From: Dehalococcoidia bacterium
GTDB lineage: Bacteria; Chloroflexota; Dehalococcoidia; Plut-88900
Assembly (NCBI GenBank): GCA_965197585.1
Contig: OZ240215.1
Span: 2,848,001 to 2,912,000, forward strand
Direction of reading: 5' to 3'
DNA: 64,000 nucleotides
In this document: positions 1 to 10,295 of the stretch, in pieces
Numbering within the stretch: position 1 is the stretch's first letter
How the letters are laid out: each line of letters starts with the position of its first letter
Notes under the pieces: model-generated
Told to the model about the DNA's origin: nothing
Databases searched by the model: none
What the model saw: the letters and a program-made list of their open reading frames with translations, nothing else
Translations under genes and position numbers: made by a program

Positions 1-168
<168 letters not shown>

Positions 169-184
169 GCCCTAAGGCCGGGCC

Positions 185-3100
185 TTGGCTTCTCCGTTCG
201 CGCCGAAGCTGCCAGTTCTCCCGCGCCTCACGCCCGTCACCCTTGCCCTGATCGTTATCCTGGTCTTTGCCCTCGGGCTCAGGCTGTACGGCGTCAACTG
301 GGACGACGGCTCCAGTCATTCCCTCCACCCCGACGAACGGTCCGTAGTCTGGACCGCCCAACAGCTCTCTCTCGACTCCCTCAAGTCGCCCTTAGAGCTG
401 TTCGACGTCCAGAAGAGCAGCCTAGTGCCACGGCCTCCGGGGGCCACCTCGGGCCACGGCGTCTACGACTACGGCAGCCTGCCCTTCTACCTTCTTGGGG
501 CGGTGGGATGGTTGGTGAACGCAGTCCCGGGCGTCGAAGACGCCAACATGTACGACCTGACGATAATCGGGCGCGTCATCTCCGCCCTCTTCGACACGGG
601 CACCGTCTTCGTGGTCTTTCTCATAGCCCGACGCCTCTTCAACGAGCGTGCCGGACTACTCGCCGCCCTATTCACGGCCTTCGCCGTCCTCCACATACAG
701 CTCGCCCACTTCTACACCACGGAGGCGATGCTGACCTTCTTCAGCTGCCTCTCCTTCTTATTCGTGGTGCGCCTCTCCGAAGGGGGCCGGAGGCGCGACG
801 CAGCATTGGCCGGGGCCTTCTTTGGCCTGGCTATGGCGTCGAAGTTCAGCGCTGCGCCCATGCTGGCAGGTTTCGCCGTGGGGGTCGGGCTCCTGGCCTT
901 GCGCAACGGTGTTCGGATCGACACCCTCATCCCCAACCCCGACGCCCTCAAACCCGCTCTCCGGAAGCTGGGCATAGCCACCGCCTTCGGGTTCCTGACC
1001 TTTGCGATTGCTCAGCCTTACGCCATTCTCGACCTGCCCTACTATGCCGCCGACGCCTATCAGCAGAGCCAGATGGTCCGCCGTGTCATAGACTTCCCCT
1101 ACACCCGCCAGTACGACGGCAGCCTGCCTTTCGCCTATCACCTGTGGCAGTTCTCGGTGTGGGGCGTCGGGTTGCCGTTGGCGGTTTTGATGTGGGCGGG
1201 CCTCGGGTTCACGGCGGTAAGGGCGGCGGTCAAGCGGACCCGCACCGACATTTTGCTATTGGCATGGTTCCTTCCCTTCTTCCTCATAACCGGCCTCGCC
1301 GAGGTAAAGTTCCTCCGATACCTGCTCCCGGTCACACCCTTCCTTGCAATCATGGCCGCCAGCCTCTCCGACAAGGGTTTGACTCGACTCCGCTCCCTCC
1401 GCCCGAGCCGCAATTATTTGTATCGGGGTGGGGTGGCGGGGCTGGGACTCGTCGTTTTCGCCACGGTCTTCTACTCGTTCGCATATGCCAATGTCTACAC
1501 GGATGCCCACCCCGCCACCCGAGCCTCGGATTATGTCAGAGAGCATATCCCTCCCGACTCCGTTCTCGCTATGGAGCACTGGGAGGAGAGCCTGCCCAAT
1601 CTCCATTCGTACCGCCGCATAACTCTCCAGCTATACGACCCTGATGACACCCCGATCCAGTACACCGACCACGAGGGTTTCACAGTCATCGGGAGCAAGG
1701 CCGAGCACCTCGCCGACACCCTCGCCAACGCCGACTACGTTATCTTTTTCAGCAACCGCCTCTACGGGAGCATCCCCACCCTCCCCGACCGATATCCTCT
1801 CAGTTCCCGTTACTATCAGCTCTTGTTTGCAGGTGACTTGGGATTCGAGGTGGACTACGTGGCCGAGGCGCGCCCCAACTTCCTGGGCGTCAGCTTTGTA
1901 CACGACACATTCTCCCGACCCGGACTTGAGGCTCCAGCGGCGCTCGGGCCAGGTCGGCTCTCCGGTCTCGTGCTCAATCTCGGGCACGCCGACGACTCCT
2001 TCACCAACTACGAACACCCAACGCCCATCATCCTAAAAAAGGTGCGGCCCCTGGAAGAGGGAGCCATCCGCACCCTATTGGAAACTCCCCTGGCCGGTGA
2101 GTCCGTACGCGCTCCCCCAATACCGGGGATCCCGGAGCGCGGCATGCTCTCGGAGGGGAGCGCGGCGCGGCAGCAGGCGGGGGGCACCTTCTCGGACCTC
2201 TTTGACCGCGGCAGCTTCGCCAACCGCTTCCCCACATTTGTCTGGTATATCGCAGTCCAGATCATCGCCCTCGCTGCGCTGCCCATCGGCCTCCTCCTCT
2301 TCGGCCGTCTCCCGGACAGGGGATATCTGCTCACGAAGGTTCTCGGCCTGCTGTTTGTGGGATACCTCGCCTGGCTGCTTGCCAGTTTGCGAATTCTGGA
2401 TTTCTCGCCGGGTGGGTTGTGGCTGATGATTCTCGTTGTAGCCGCTGTATCAGGGCTTGTCGCGTGGCGGGGCAGGGTGGGGGTGGTCGATTTCTTCCGA
2501 AAAAGATGGCGTCTAATCCTCTTCTGCGAGGTGTTGTTCCTCGTCGCCTTCCTCTCCTTCTACGGCGTCCGGGCTTGGAACCCCGACCTCTGGCACCCGT
2601 GGCGCGGCGGCGAGAAACCCATGGACTTCGCCTACCTCAATGCCGTCACCCGGTCGACAGAGATGCCCCCATACGACCCCTGGTTTGCGGGCGGTCACCT
2701 GAACTACTACTACTTCGGACAGTTCCAGATAGCCTCAATCACCAAGATAACGGGAGTACTGCCCTCCACGGCCTTCAACCTGGCCATAGCCCTGGTGTTC
2801 GCGCTTACCGTCGGCGGGGCGTTCAGTGTCGTCTACAACCTGGCCGCGAGTCGGGGGGGCGGGGGAGACCGGGCCCCACCCTCGATACCGGGCGGACCCT
2901 ATCTTGCGGGAATCACCGGAGCCGTATTCGTCGCCGTCATTGGCAACCTGGACGGGGCGGTCCAGCTGGGACAGGCCGTCTGGAGATTCACCTTCGGCGA
3001 GGGAGCGGTCGGGCAGTTCGACTTCTGGCGGAGCAGCCGCGTCATCGACACTTCAGCCCAAGGAGGTCTTGACTACTGTGGTGGCTGTGAGATCACCGAG

Positions 3101-4627
3101 TTCCCCTTCTTCAGCTTCCTCTTCGCCGACCTCCATGCCCACCTCATCGCCCTCCCCTTTGCCATCCTGGCCCTGGGCCTGGGGCTCGCGCTCCTGATGG
3201 GCGCCGAAAAGACCTGCTCAACCAAGGCTTGGGCGGCGAGAATAGGGGCCCTCGGCCTGACCGTCGGGGCCCTGTTCACGATAAACAGCTGGGACTACCC
3301 GACCTACCTGCTTTTCTCAGTGGGAGTAGTGGTACTTGCGGCGCTGATTTTCACTATGGGAAGGGTGTCGGGCCGGACCCTTGTGCTGGCGGGGACGGGG
3401 GTGGTGGGGGTATGGCTTCTCGGCATCCTGCTGTTCGTCCCCTTCCACCTGAGCTACGAGGGCTCTGTCGGCTTCCCGTTCGTAGAGCGGCACGATTTTG
3501 CTACGCCCCTATACCAGTACCTCGCCATCCACGGCATATTCCTGTTCATCAGCATCAGCTACCTGCTGTACAGACTGTGGCAGGAGTACCCGGTCAACCT
3601 GGTTAGCAAAGCTCCGACTATGCTCCTTGTACAGGCCCTCCGCTCCCGAAAAATCTGGCCCGTGGCAGGCGCTGCGATTTTGCTGGCGGTACTTGCGGGG
3701 TTCGGCTATCACACCGCCGCCTTCGCATTGCTGGTCTTGCTCATGGCTGGCCTGGTCGCAGGCAAGACGCTTGCCAAGAGGGAGGAAGGCTCGGGGCCCG
3801 AGCTTTTTGCTTTGCTCATGCTGGGTGTAGCGCTGGCCCTGGGAATAGGCGTCGAGTTCCTGAAGGTCAATCTCGTCGACCCCGGACGCATGAACACAGT
3901 CTTCAAGTTCTACTTCCACGCCTGGACGCTGATGGCGTTGGCCTCGGCCTTCTTCGCATGGCGGCTCGGGGCAATGGCGATTCCGCGTCAGCTCACGGGC
4001 CGAAGGGTCGTATGGACCGGGGCCCTGGTCATCCTCATTACCGCGGGACTGGTCTATCCCATCGCCGCCACTCCAGAGCGGTCCAAGCACCGCTTCGAGA
4101 ACTCGCCCATCACCATTGACGGCATGGCCTACATGCCCACCGCCGTCTACTACGACGACGCAGACCGCAGCGGTTCCATTGAGCCACCGGAGATCCTGGA
4201 GTTGGGTTGGGACTATCATGCCATTCTCTGGCTCCAGGACAACATTAAGGGTTCGCCGGTGGTGCTGGAGGGGAACTCGGGGCTGTACACGTGGGGGAGC
4301 CGGGTGTCGGTGTACACGGGCCTGCCGACAGTCGTGGGCTGGGACTGGCACCAACAGCAGCAGCGTTGGGAAGACCGGGACCAGGTGTCAGTGCGCCGCG
4401 CCGACGTTCACACCCTCTACTCCACCACCGATATCGAAAATGCCCGTCGCCTCATCGAAAAGTATGGGGTGCGCTACATCTATGTCGGTCAGTTGGAGCG
4501 GCTCTACTACCCGCGACCCGGCCTCGATAAGTTTGAGAGGATGGCGCAGGATGGGCTCCTCAGCCCCGTCTACCCCACCCCCGACTCCCCGAACCCGGAG
4601 GTCAGGATTTACCGGGTGCTGTTTTGA
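185..4627 (+). CDS. Large multi-pass membrane protein: GT-C/PMT-like glycosyltransferase domain fused to DUF2298 (Chlor_Arch_YYY) domain
   Basis: 1480 aa, many TM helices, HPDE motif near N-terminus, GGEKPMDFAYLNA...PPYDPWFAGGHLNYYYFG, ITEFPFFSFLFADLHAH, RMNTVFKFY. Confidence 0.85.
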   Translation: MASPFAPKLPVLPRLTPVTLALIVILVFALGLRLYGVNWDDGSSHSLHPDERSVVWTAQQLSLDSLKSPLELFDVQKSSLVPRPPGATSGHGVYDYGSLPFYLLGAVGWLVNAVPGVEDANMYDLTIIGRVISALFDTGTVFVVFLIARRLFNERAGLLAALFTAFAVLHIQLAHFYTTEAMLTFFSCLSFLFVVRLSEGGRRRDAALAGAFFGLAMASKFSAAPMLAGFAVGVGLLALRNGVRIDTLIPNPDALKPALRKLGIATAFGFLTFAIAQPYAILDLPYYAADAYQQSQMVRRVIDFPYTRQYDGSLPFAYHLWQFSVWGVGLPLAVLMWAGLGFTAVRAAVKRTRTDILLLAWFLPFFLITGLAEVKFLRYLLPVTPFLAIMAASLSDKGLTRLRSLRPSRNYLYRGGVAGLGLVVFATVFYSFAYANVYTDAHPATRASDYVREHIPPDSVLAMEHWEESLPNLHSYRRITLQLYDPDDTPIQYTDHEGFTVIGSKAEHLADTLANADYVIFFSNRLYGSIPTLPDRYPLSSRYYQLLFAGDLGFEVDYVAEARPNFLGVSFVHDTFSRPGLEAPAALGPGRLSGLVLNLGHADDSFTNYEHPTPIILKKVRPLEEGAIRTLLETPLAGESVRAPPIPGIPERGMLSEGSAARQQAGGTFSDLFDRGSFANRFPTFVWYIAVQIIALAALPIGLLLFGRLPDRGYLLTKVLGLLFVGYLAWLLASLRILDFSPGGLWLMILVVAAVSGLVAWRGRVGVVDFFRKRWRLILFCEVLFLVAFLSFYGVRAWNPDLWHPWRGGEKPMDFAYLNAVTRSTEMPPYDPWFAGGHLNYYYFGQFQIASITKITGVLPSTAFNLAIALVFALTVGGAFSVVYNLAASRGGGGDRAPPSIPGGPYLAGITGAVFVAVIGNLDGAVQLGQAVWRFTFGEGAVGQFDFWRSSRVIDTSAQGGLDYCGGCEITEFPFFSFLFADLHAHLIALPFAILALGLGLALLMGAEKTCSTKAWAARIGALGLTVGALFTINSWDYPTYLLFSVGVVVLAALIFTMGRVSGRTLVLAGTGVVGVWLLGILLFVPFHLSYEGSVGFPFVERHDFATPLYQYLAIHGIFLFISISYLLYRLWQEYPVNLVSKAPTMLLVQALRSRKIWPVAGAAILLAVLAGFGYHTAAFALLVLLMAGLVAGKTLAKREEGSGPELFALLMLGVALALGIGVEFLKVNLVDPGRMNTVFKFYFHAWTLMALASAFFAWRLGAMAIPRQLTGRRVVWTGALVILITAGLVYPIAATPERSKHRFENSPITIDGMAYMPTAVYYDDADRSGSIEPPEILELGWDYHAILWLQDNIKGSPVVLEGNSGLYTWGSRVSVYTGLPTVVGWDWHQQQQRWEDRDQVSVRRADVHTLYSTTDIENARRLIEKYGVRYIYVGQLERLYYPRPGLDKFERMAQDGLLSPVYPTPDSPNPEVRIYRVLF

Positions 4628-4636
4628 GCCTCGCCT

Positions 4637-5422
4637 TCAGCCCCGACCCCCAGCCAGGATTTCGGCGATGGTCATTCCGCCGTCCAGAACTAGGTTGGAG
4701 CCAGTGACGAAGGCCGACTCGTCGGAGGCGAGGTAGAGGGCAGCGTAGGCGCAGTCGTCGGGGGTCCCCATCCTGGGGTAGGGTTGGCGAGTCTCGAAGT
4801 CTTCGACTATCTCGGGGCGGGTCCAGTGGTCTTCATCTCTGTCGAGCCCGACAAAACCAATGTCGCCGGGGGAGATGCAGTTGACTCGGACCTTCTGTCG
4901 CGCATAGTCGAGGGCCGCCTTCTTGGTAAGTCCGATGATGGCCGCCTTGGAAGCGACATACGAGCCGGCGCACCGGTGGCTGGCCGTGATTCCCCACATG
5001 GAGGAGTTGCTCACTATGGAGCCGCCACCAGACTTGATCATCTCGGGGACGGCGTACTTTATGCCCAGAAAGACGCTTTTGAGATTGACGGTCATGCAGC
5101 GGTCCCAGCTCTCCTCCGACTCGTCGGCGGTGAGGCCCGTGGTCCCGATGCCCGCGTTGTTGAACAGCACGTCCAGCTTGCCGTAGGCGGAGACCGTCTC
5201 CTCGACCAGGCGCTGGACGTCTGCGGTCACTGAAACATCAGCCTTCACGAACATTGCCTCGCCGCCGGCAGTCCGAATGCCTTCGGCGACCTTCTCGCCC
5301 GCATCCACCGTTCTGCCGGAGACCACCACCTTGGCCCCTTCCCTGGCAAATAGCTCCGCCGAGCCCTTCCCTATGCCCGCAGTGGACCCGGTAACTATGG
5401 CGACTTTTCCCGCAAGCCTCAT
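4637..5422 (-). CDS. Short-chain dehydrogenase/reductase
   Basis: TGSTAGIG, NNAG, YVASK motifs; RBS AGGAG upstream. Confidence 0.95.
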   Translation of the reverse strand: MRLAGKVAIVTGSTAGIGKGSAELFAREGAKVVVSGRTVDAGEKVAEGIRTAGGEAMFVKADVSVTADVQRLVEETVSAYGKLDVLFNNAGIGTTGLTADESEESWDRCMTVNLKSVFLGIKYAVPEMIKSGGGSIVSNSSMWGITASHRCAGSYVASKAAIIGLTKKAALDYARQKVRVNCISPGDIGFVGLDRDEDHWTRPEIVEDFETRQPYPRMGTPDDCAYAALYLASDESAFVTGSNLVLDGGMTIAEILAGGRG

Positions 5423-5447
5423 GTGCTTCTCCTGGTCAGAAGGACCT

Positions 5448-5756
5448 CTAACGATTCAGTATCACTCTCCGGTCATAGTATTCAGGACAACAGACCACAC
5501 AGTCCTTACACGTAGGCTCATCGGATACTGTATGGCAGGGACATTCCTGGCAGATCCTCCGGGGAGTCCCGCCAGTTCCTACCGCTTTCCTTGTTCTCCC
5601 CTTAAGCCATTGCACCACAACCGCAAGGAGCACACCAAAGAAAACCACATCCCCCGCCACCGCGATCCAGATCGCGCCAGTCACCCGAGCTATCACACCC
5701 GTAGCGGCACTCACTATGAAGGCCAACAGTATGAATATGCACGGATGGGTCTTCAT
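5448..5756 (-). CDS. Hypothetical small membrane protein
   Basis: Two hydrophobic segments at the N-terminus; lower-GC insert between SDR paralogues. Confidence 0.35.
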   Translation of the reverse strand: MKTHPCIFILLAFIVSAATGVIARVTGAIWIAVAGDVVFFGVLLAVVVQWLKGRTRKAVGTGGTPRRICQECPCHTVSDEPTCKDCVVCCPEYYDRRVILNR

Positions 5757-5843
5757 CTAACGCATATCGTCTCTAATCCCTCGCCTGCAGGCTACTAAAC
5801 CTCTCAGGAAAACTACGCACTATCATCACACCGAAGTGTTTGG

Positions 5844-6626
5844 CTAGACGACATCCCGATAGGCCGCCGCTTGCCCGCCGTCGATAATCAAAGTGGCGCC
5901 GGTTACGAAGGCCGACTCATCGGATGCGAAGTAGAGAGCAGCATAGGCCACGTCCATCGGGTGGCCCATGCGATGCATGGGCTGCAATCCCACACGGGTC
6001 TCTATGGTGTCGGGATCGGAGAGCTTGTCCCACGGGATGTCGACCATCTCGGTGGCGATGGGGCCGGGGTTGACTGCGTTGACGCGGATGTTGTCACCGG
6101 CGTAGACCACTGCGGCCTTCTTGGTGAGGGCCGTTACGCCTCCCTTGGAAGCGTGGTAGGAAGTGGTGGAAGCGGCGCCCGCCTGGCTGTCATTGACTGA
6201 TGAGTTGTTGATGATGGACCCGCCGCCGGCTTTCCGCATCTCCGGGACAGCGTACTTTATGCCGAGAAACGTGCCCTTGAGATTGACGGCTATGACGTGG
6301 TCCCAGGCTTCCTCAGGCTCTTCATCGGCTTGGCCGTAGCCGGAGTAGTCGATGCCCGCGTTGTTGAACAGCACGTCGAGCTTGCCGTAGCTGCTCACCG
6401 CCGTATCCACGACCTTCTTCACGTCCTCAGCCTTGGCCACGTCGGCCGTGACAAATGTGGCATCCCCGCCCCGACCCTTGATGACCTCGACTATCTCCTG
6501 GCCGAGTGGCTCACGCCGCCCGCATAGGACAACTTTGGCGCCCTCCTGTGCGAAGAGCTCAGCCGCTGCCCTGCCCATGCCCGCCGTGGCCCCGGTCACG
6601 ATCGCTACTTTTCCCTCAAGCCTCAT
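5844..6626 (-). CDS. Short-chain dehydrogenase/reductase
   Basis: TGATAGMG, NNAG, YHASK; close paralogue of 6669-7451. Confidence 0.95.
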   Translation of the reverse strand: MRLEGKVAIVTGATAGMGRAAAELFAQEGAKVVLCGRREPLGQEIVEVIKGRGGDATFVTADVAKAEDVKKVVDTAVSSYGKLDVLFNNAGIDYSGYGQADEEPEEAWDHVIAVNLKGTFLGIKYAVPEMRKAGGGSIINNSSVNDSQAGAASTTSYHASKGGVTALTKKAAVVYAGDNIRVNAVNPGPIATEMVDIPWDKLSDPDTIETRVGLQPMHRMGHPMDVAYAALYFASDESAFVTGATLIIDGGQAAAYRDVV

Positions 6627-6668
6627 GTATTTCTCCTGGTGATGATATTCGATACGAAAGAAGGGACT

Positions 6669-7451
6669 CTACACGGCATCCCGGTATGTCGCCGACTGTC
6701 CTCCGTCGATGAGGAGGTTGGCCCCTGTCACGAAGGCCGATTCGTCGGAGGCGAAGTAGAGGGCGGCGTAGGCGACGTCCATGGGGTGGCCCATCCGGCG
6801 GAGGGGCTGCTTGGTCTTGCGCTCGGAAATGATATCGGGGTTGGATAGCATGTCCCATGTGATGTCGACCATCTCGGTGGCGATGGGGCCGGGGTTGACG
6901 GCGTTGACCCGGATGTTATCGGCGGCGTGCATAACGGCGGCCTTCCTGGTCAGGGCCGTGACGCCACCCTTGGAGGCGTGGTAGGAGGACATGGACACCA
7001 TATCCGCCTGGACATCATTGACCGAGGAGTTGTTGATGATCGAGCCGCCGCCCACCTTGCGCATCTCCGGGACGGCGTATTTTATGCCGAGGAACGTGCC
7101 CTTGAGGTTGACGCCTATGATGCGGTCCCAGATCTCCTCGGGCTCCTTGTCGGGGTCGCCGGAAGCGTGCTCGTTGATGCCGGCGTTGTTGAACAGGACG
7201 TCGAGTCTCCCGTAGCTGTTAACTGCCGTGTCGACGACCCTTTTCACATCCTCGGCCTTCGCCACGTCAGCCGCGACGAAAGTCGCTTCGCCGCCTCGGC
7301 CCTTGATCACGTCGACTATCTCGTCTCCCAGCTGCTGACGCCTGCCGCAAAGGACCACGCTGGCCCCCTCCTGCGCAAATAGCTCAGCCGCCGCCCTGCC
7401 CATCCCCGCCGTGGCCCCTGTCACGATCGCGACTTTATCTTTAAGCCTCAC
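6669..7451 (-). CDS. Short-chain dehydrogenase/reductase
   Basis: TGATAGMG, NNAG, YHASK; tandem duplicate. Confidence 0.95.
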   Translation of the reverse strand: MRLKDKVAIVTGATAGMGRAAAELFAQEGASVVLCGRRQQLGDEIVDVIKGRGGEATFVAADVAKAEDVKRVVDTAVNSYGRLDVLFNNAGINEHASGDPDKEPEEIWDRIIGVNLKGTFLGIKYAVPEMRKVGGGSIINNSSVNDVQADMVSMSSYHASKGGVTALTRKAAVMHAADNIRVNAVNPGPIATEMVDITWDMLSNPDIISERKTKQPLRRMGHPMDVAYAALYFASDESAFVTGANLLIDGGQSATYRDAV

Positions 7452-7492
7452 TTGTGCCTCCGGAATGAAAGGTGGAATGTTGGGTCAGGAGC

Positions 7493-7529
7493 GGGGGTCA
7501 TTGTAGCATGGGGTGTCGGGGCTCAGGCC
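7493..7529. repeat. 37-bp direct repeat, copy 1 (copy 2 at 10259-10295), flanking the M60 peptidase gene
   Basis: gggggtcattgtagca(t/c)ggggtgtcggggctcaggcc, 1 mismatch; minus strand contains extended -10 TGcTACAAT. Confidence 0.9.
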
Positions 7530-7568
7530 GGGGGGGGTGGAAACTACGGACCGGAGGGAAGGGTCTCT

Positions 7569-10133
7569 CTAACGCCCCGGTGGGAAGTCGGTAGGCAACC
7601 ACACCAACAGGTCAGCTATTGAGTCCCGCGCTGCCTGCGACGTCGGCACCCCCCACGCCTCAAAGAATGGGCCGAGGTTCCTGCCCACTTGTCGGGAGAA
7701 GCGCACCAGCCACTGGTCGCGTTTCTCGTCGTCGCTTTTGGGACGCTCAGCGTCCGGCAGGGCGCGGTACGTCGCGAACACCTCCCGGTAGGCGTCCCAG
7801 CCGAATTCCTGCTGCATCTGCGCGTACATGATCAGTGCCAGGAACTCCTCGCGCTTCCACAGCTCGAAGTCCGGATCATCGAAGTCATAAAGCGCCATCA
7901 GCTCGGACCAAGACTGGTGGGAGCCGTGAAAGCGCTTATCGTCCACTGGGATTCCGCACAGAAACTCGTAGACGTAGAGGGTGAACAAATTGACGTTCAC
8001 CTCAACCGTGCCATCAAAGGTCCAGTCGTCCGCTTGGTAATTGTGGCCCACCTCGTGATAGAAGCCCCAGTTGCACTCCGAGCTCAGGTGCTCTGAATTC
8101 ACCAGATTGGCCTGTTGGTCCAGGTGGGCCATGATGGGATAGCCGGCATGCATGTACCCCACTGAGATTTGTCTGTCGACGACGAACCGCTCCGGGCTTG
8201 AGCGGGCGGGCGAGGGCCAGGCGGCCAGTTCCGCGCTCAGGTCGAGCACGCGGTCCCAAGCCTCAGCTACGGCGGTCGGGTCATCTAGGTCGCGTACTTC
8301 GCGAGCGTCCGTAGTGACTATCATGTTCCGCCCGGCGATCTCCGCCCAAGGAGCGGGCGCATGGCGGATCTCGTCGCGCCAGGCGTTCAGGTCCGTCTCG
8401 CCTAGAACGAACAAAGGCGCCGCCACAGCACCCCGAATCTCTATTGTGACACTCCCGATGTCAGCGGCTTCGGGGACATCGACGTATATCAGGCCTCCGA
8501 AGGCATTCGCGACTAGGGTCGTGCTTGCGGATATGGGGAAGTAGCGACTGATTTCGGGCATGCGCGTCCACTCGGACCGCCGCCATATGCGGTCGCTGTG
8601 TGCGCCCACGCGCACGCCGAAGCCGACGGCTTTGGCTACCTCGGCGGGTACCGTGACCGTGACCAGTTCGCCCGGTGCGGCATATAGACCAGTGGAGTGC
8701 CAACGAGGTATTGAGGTGTCGATGGTGAGGCTACGCGTAATGCGTGGAGCATCGGCGGGGACGGGTCCGGGGAAGTCCTCAGAAGCTGGATGTGGGCGCA
8801 CGGAGTCTGGCGGAGTGTAGCGGTGTTCAAGTACGAAGAGCACGGAGGCCAGTTGGGTTACCACATCGGCCTTGCCCACCGGTTGCCCGGCAGAGGGCCA
8901 GCGGCGGTTCGGTTCGTTGACATCGACCAGGGCGATTTGGGCGGGGTCAAGCAGTGCATCAATCAGGTCAGGGTTGGTCTTACCCACCTCGAGTAGGATG
9001 GCGACAATTTTTGTCCAATCGTCGGTGATGCCGTTGGTCAGGGTCGGGTGGGAGAGGACACGTTGGTACTCGGCTTGTCTAAACGACATCATATACGCAA
9101 GAGACTCGAGTGCAGATACGTCTGGAGGTTCAAGAGTTTCGAGGAACGGCATGGACACTATGCGCGATGCTTCACCCGCGTTTTTACGCGAAAGATAGGA
9201 AATTTCTTTAATTGCCCGTATCTCTTGCCTGCCCACGCCGTCCAGTACCCATGGGAGGGCGATGACTGAGGCCGCAACCTTAGAGTCGTCTAAGTTGATG
9301 TAGTGCATCTGTTGAAGTGCTTCAAACTCAATCGTCTCAATGCCATTCTGTACCCAGGGTAGGGCGATGACTGAGGCCACAACCTTAGAGTCGGCCAAGT
9401 TGATGTAGCGCATCAGTTGAAGTGCTTCAAACTCAATCGTCTCAATGCCGTCCTGGACCCAAGGAAGAGCCACGACTGACGCTCCAACGGCTGAAGGGTC
9501 TTGGGCGATATAGGAAAGCTCTTCTATAGTTTTGACTTCCAGCTCTTCAATCCCGTCCCGCACCCACGCAAGCTCGGTGACTGACAAGGCAACATCGGCA
9601 TCACCAGAGCTGTCAACCCAATTGATGGCCTCGGCTTCCTGCTTATCAACGCCATCCTGCACCCAGGCCATCTGGATGATGTTTGACACTGCAGGTTGAC
9701 TCAAGACCGCAAGGTAAAGAAGCTCCTGTAGGACCTTGGATTCCGCGTTGTCTATCCCGTCTGAAACCCAGGGCAGCGATTTGATGTCCGATCCCAGAGC
9801 CGGATAGTTCTGCTCCAGCCAACGGGCGTTCCCGAGCCTGTTCCAGGCTTGATAGTAGGCCGGTACGGGCGTTGGCGTAGGTCTCGGCGTTGAGGTAGGT
9901 GTGGATGTCAGGATGGGAGTCGGTTCAGGAATGGATGTGGGGCTTGGCGCGGATACAGACGTCGAGGCTGGTATGGGCGTGGGGGTCGGCTCAGGGACGA
10001 CCAAGGTAGGGGTGGAGGATGAGGGTGTCGGCGTGGAGGCCTGGCTGCTACAGGCCGCGAGAGCAGCTATGACCGCAGCCACCGCAATCAGCAGTGTAAA
10101 CGCTAGCCGGGGACGAGCTTTCATGTGAATCAT
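7569..10133 (-). CDS. Lipoprotein with M60-like (enhancin/TCAF-type) zinc metallopeptidase domain
   Basis: Lipobox LAAC, PT-rich linker, ~38-aa LPWVxDGI repeats, WHSTGLYAAPGE, WGFYHEVGHNYQ...TVEVNVN (HEXXH + E). Confidence 0.88.
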   Translation of the reverse strand: MIHMKARPRLAFTLLIAVAAVIAALAACSSQASTPTPSSSTPTLVVPEPTPTPIPASTSVSAPSPTSIPEPTPILTSTPTSTPRPTPTPVPAYYQAWNRLGNARWLEQNYPALGSDIKSLPWVSDGIDNAESKVLQELLYLAVLSQPAVSNIIQMAWVQDGVDKQEAEAINWVDSSGDADVALSVTELAWVRDGIEELEVKTIEELSYIAQDPSAVGASVVALPWVQDGIETIEFEALQLMRYINLADSKVVASVIALPWVQNGIETIEFEALQQMHYINLDDSKVAASVIALPWVLDGVGRQEIRAIKEISYLSRKNAGEASRIVSMPFLETLEPPDVSALESLAYMMSFRQAEYQRVLSHPTLTNGITDDWTKIVAILLEVGKTNPDLIDALLDPAQIALVDVNEPNRRWPSAGQPVGKADVVTQLASVLFVLEHRYTPPDSVRPHPASEDFPGPVPADAPRITRSLTIDTSIPRWHSTGLYAAPGELVTVTVPAEVAKAVGFGVRVGAHSDRIWRRSEWTRMPEISRYFPISASTTLVANAFGGLIYVDVPEAADIGSVTIEIRGAVAAPLFVLGETDLNAWRDEIRHAPAPWAEIAGRNMIVTTDAREVRDLDDPTAVAEAWDRVLDLSAELAAWPSPARSSPERFVVDRQISVGYMHAGYPIMAHLDQQANLVNSEHLSSECNWGFYHEVGHNYQADDWTFDGTVEVNVNLFTLYVYEFLCGIPVDDKRFHGSHQSWSELMALYDFDDPDFELWKREEFLALIMYAQMQQEFGWDAYREVFATYRALPDAERPKSDDEKRDQWLVRFSRQVGRNLGPFFEAWGVPTSQAARDSIADLLVWLPTDFPPGR

Positions 10134-10258
10134 TCAGCTGCCAGTGCCGTTAGGGCTTCCTCCACACGATAATTGCTTATCCCACTCTCCAGCGCCCAGT
10201 TCAGGCTGACATTGGTTCCCCAAACCACCTTCGCTGCGGCTTTATCTGGGGCAGTGGA

Positions 10259-10295
10259 GGGGGTCATTGTAGCACGGGGTGTCGGGGCTCAGGCC
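10259..10295. repeat. 37-bp direct repeat, copy 2; overlaps the MFS stop codon
   Basis: Near-identical to 7493-7529. Confidence 0.9.
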
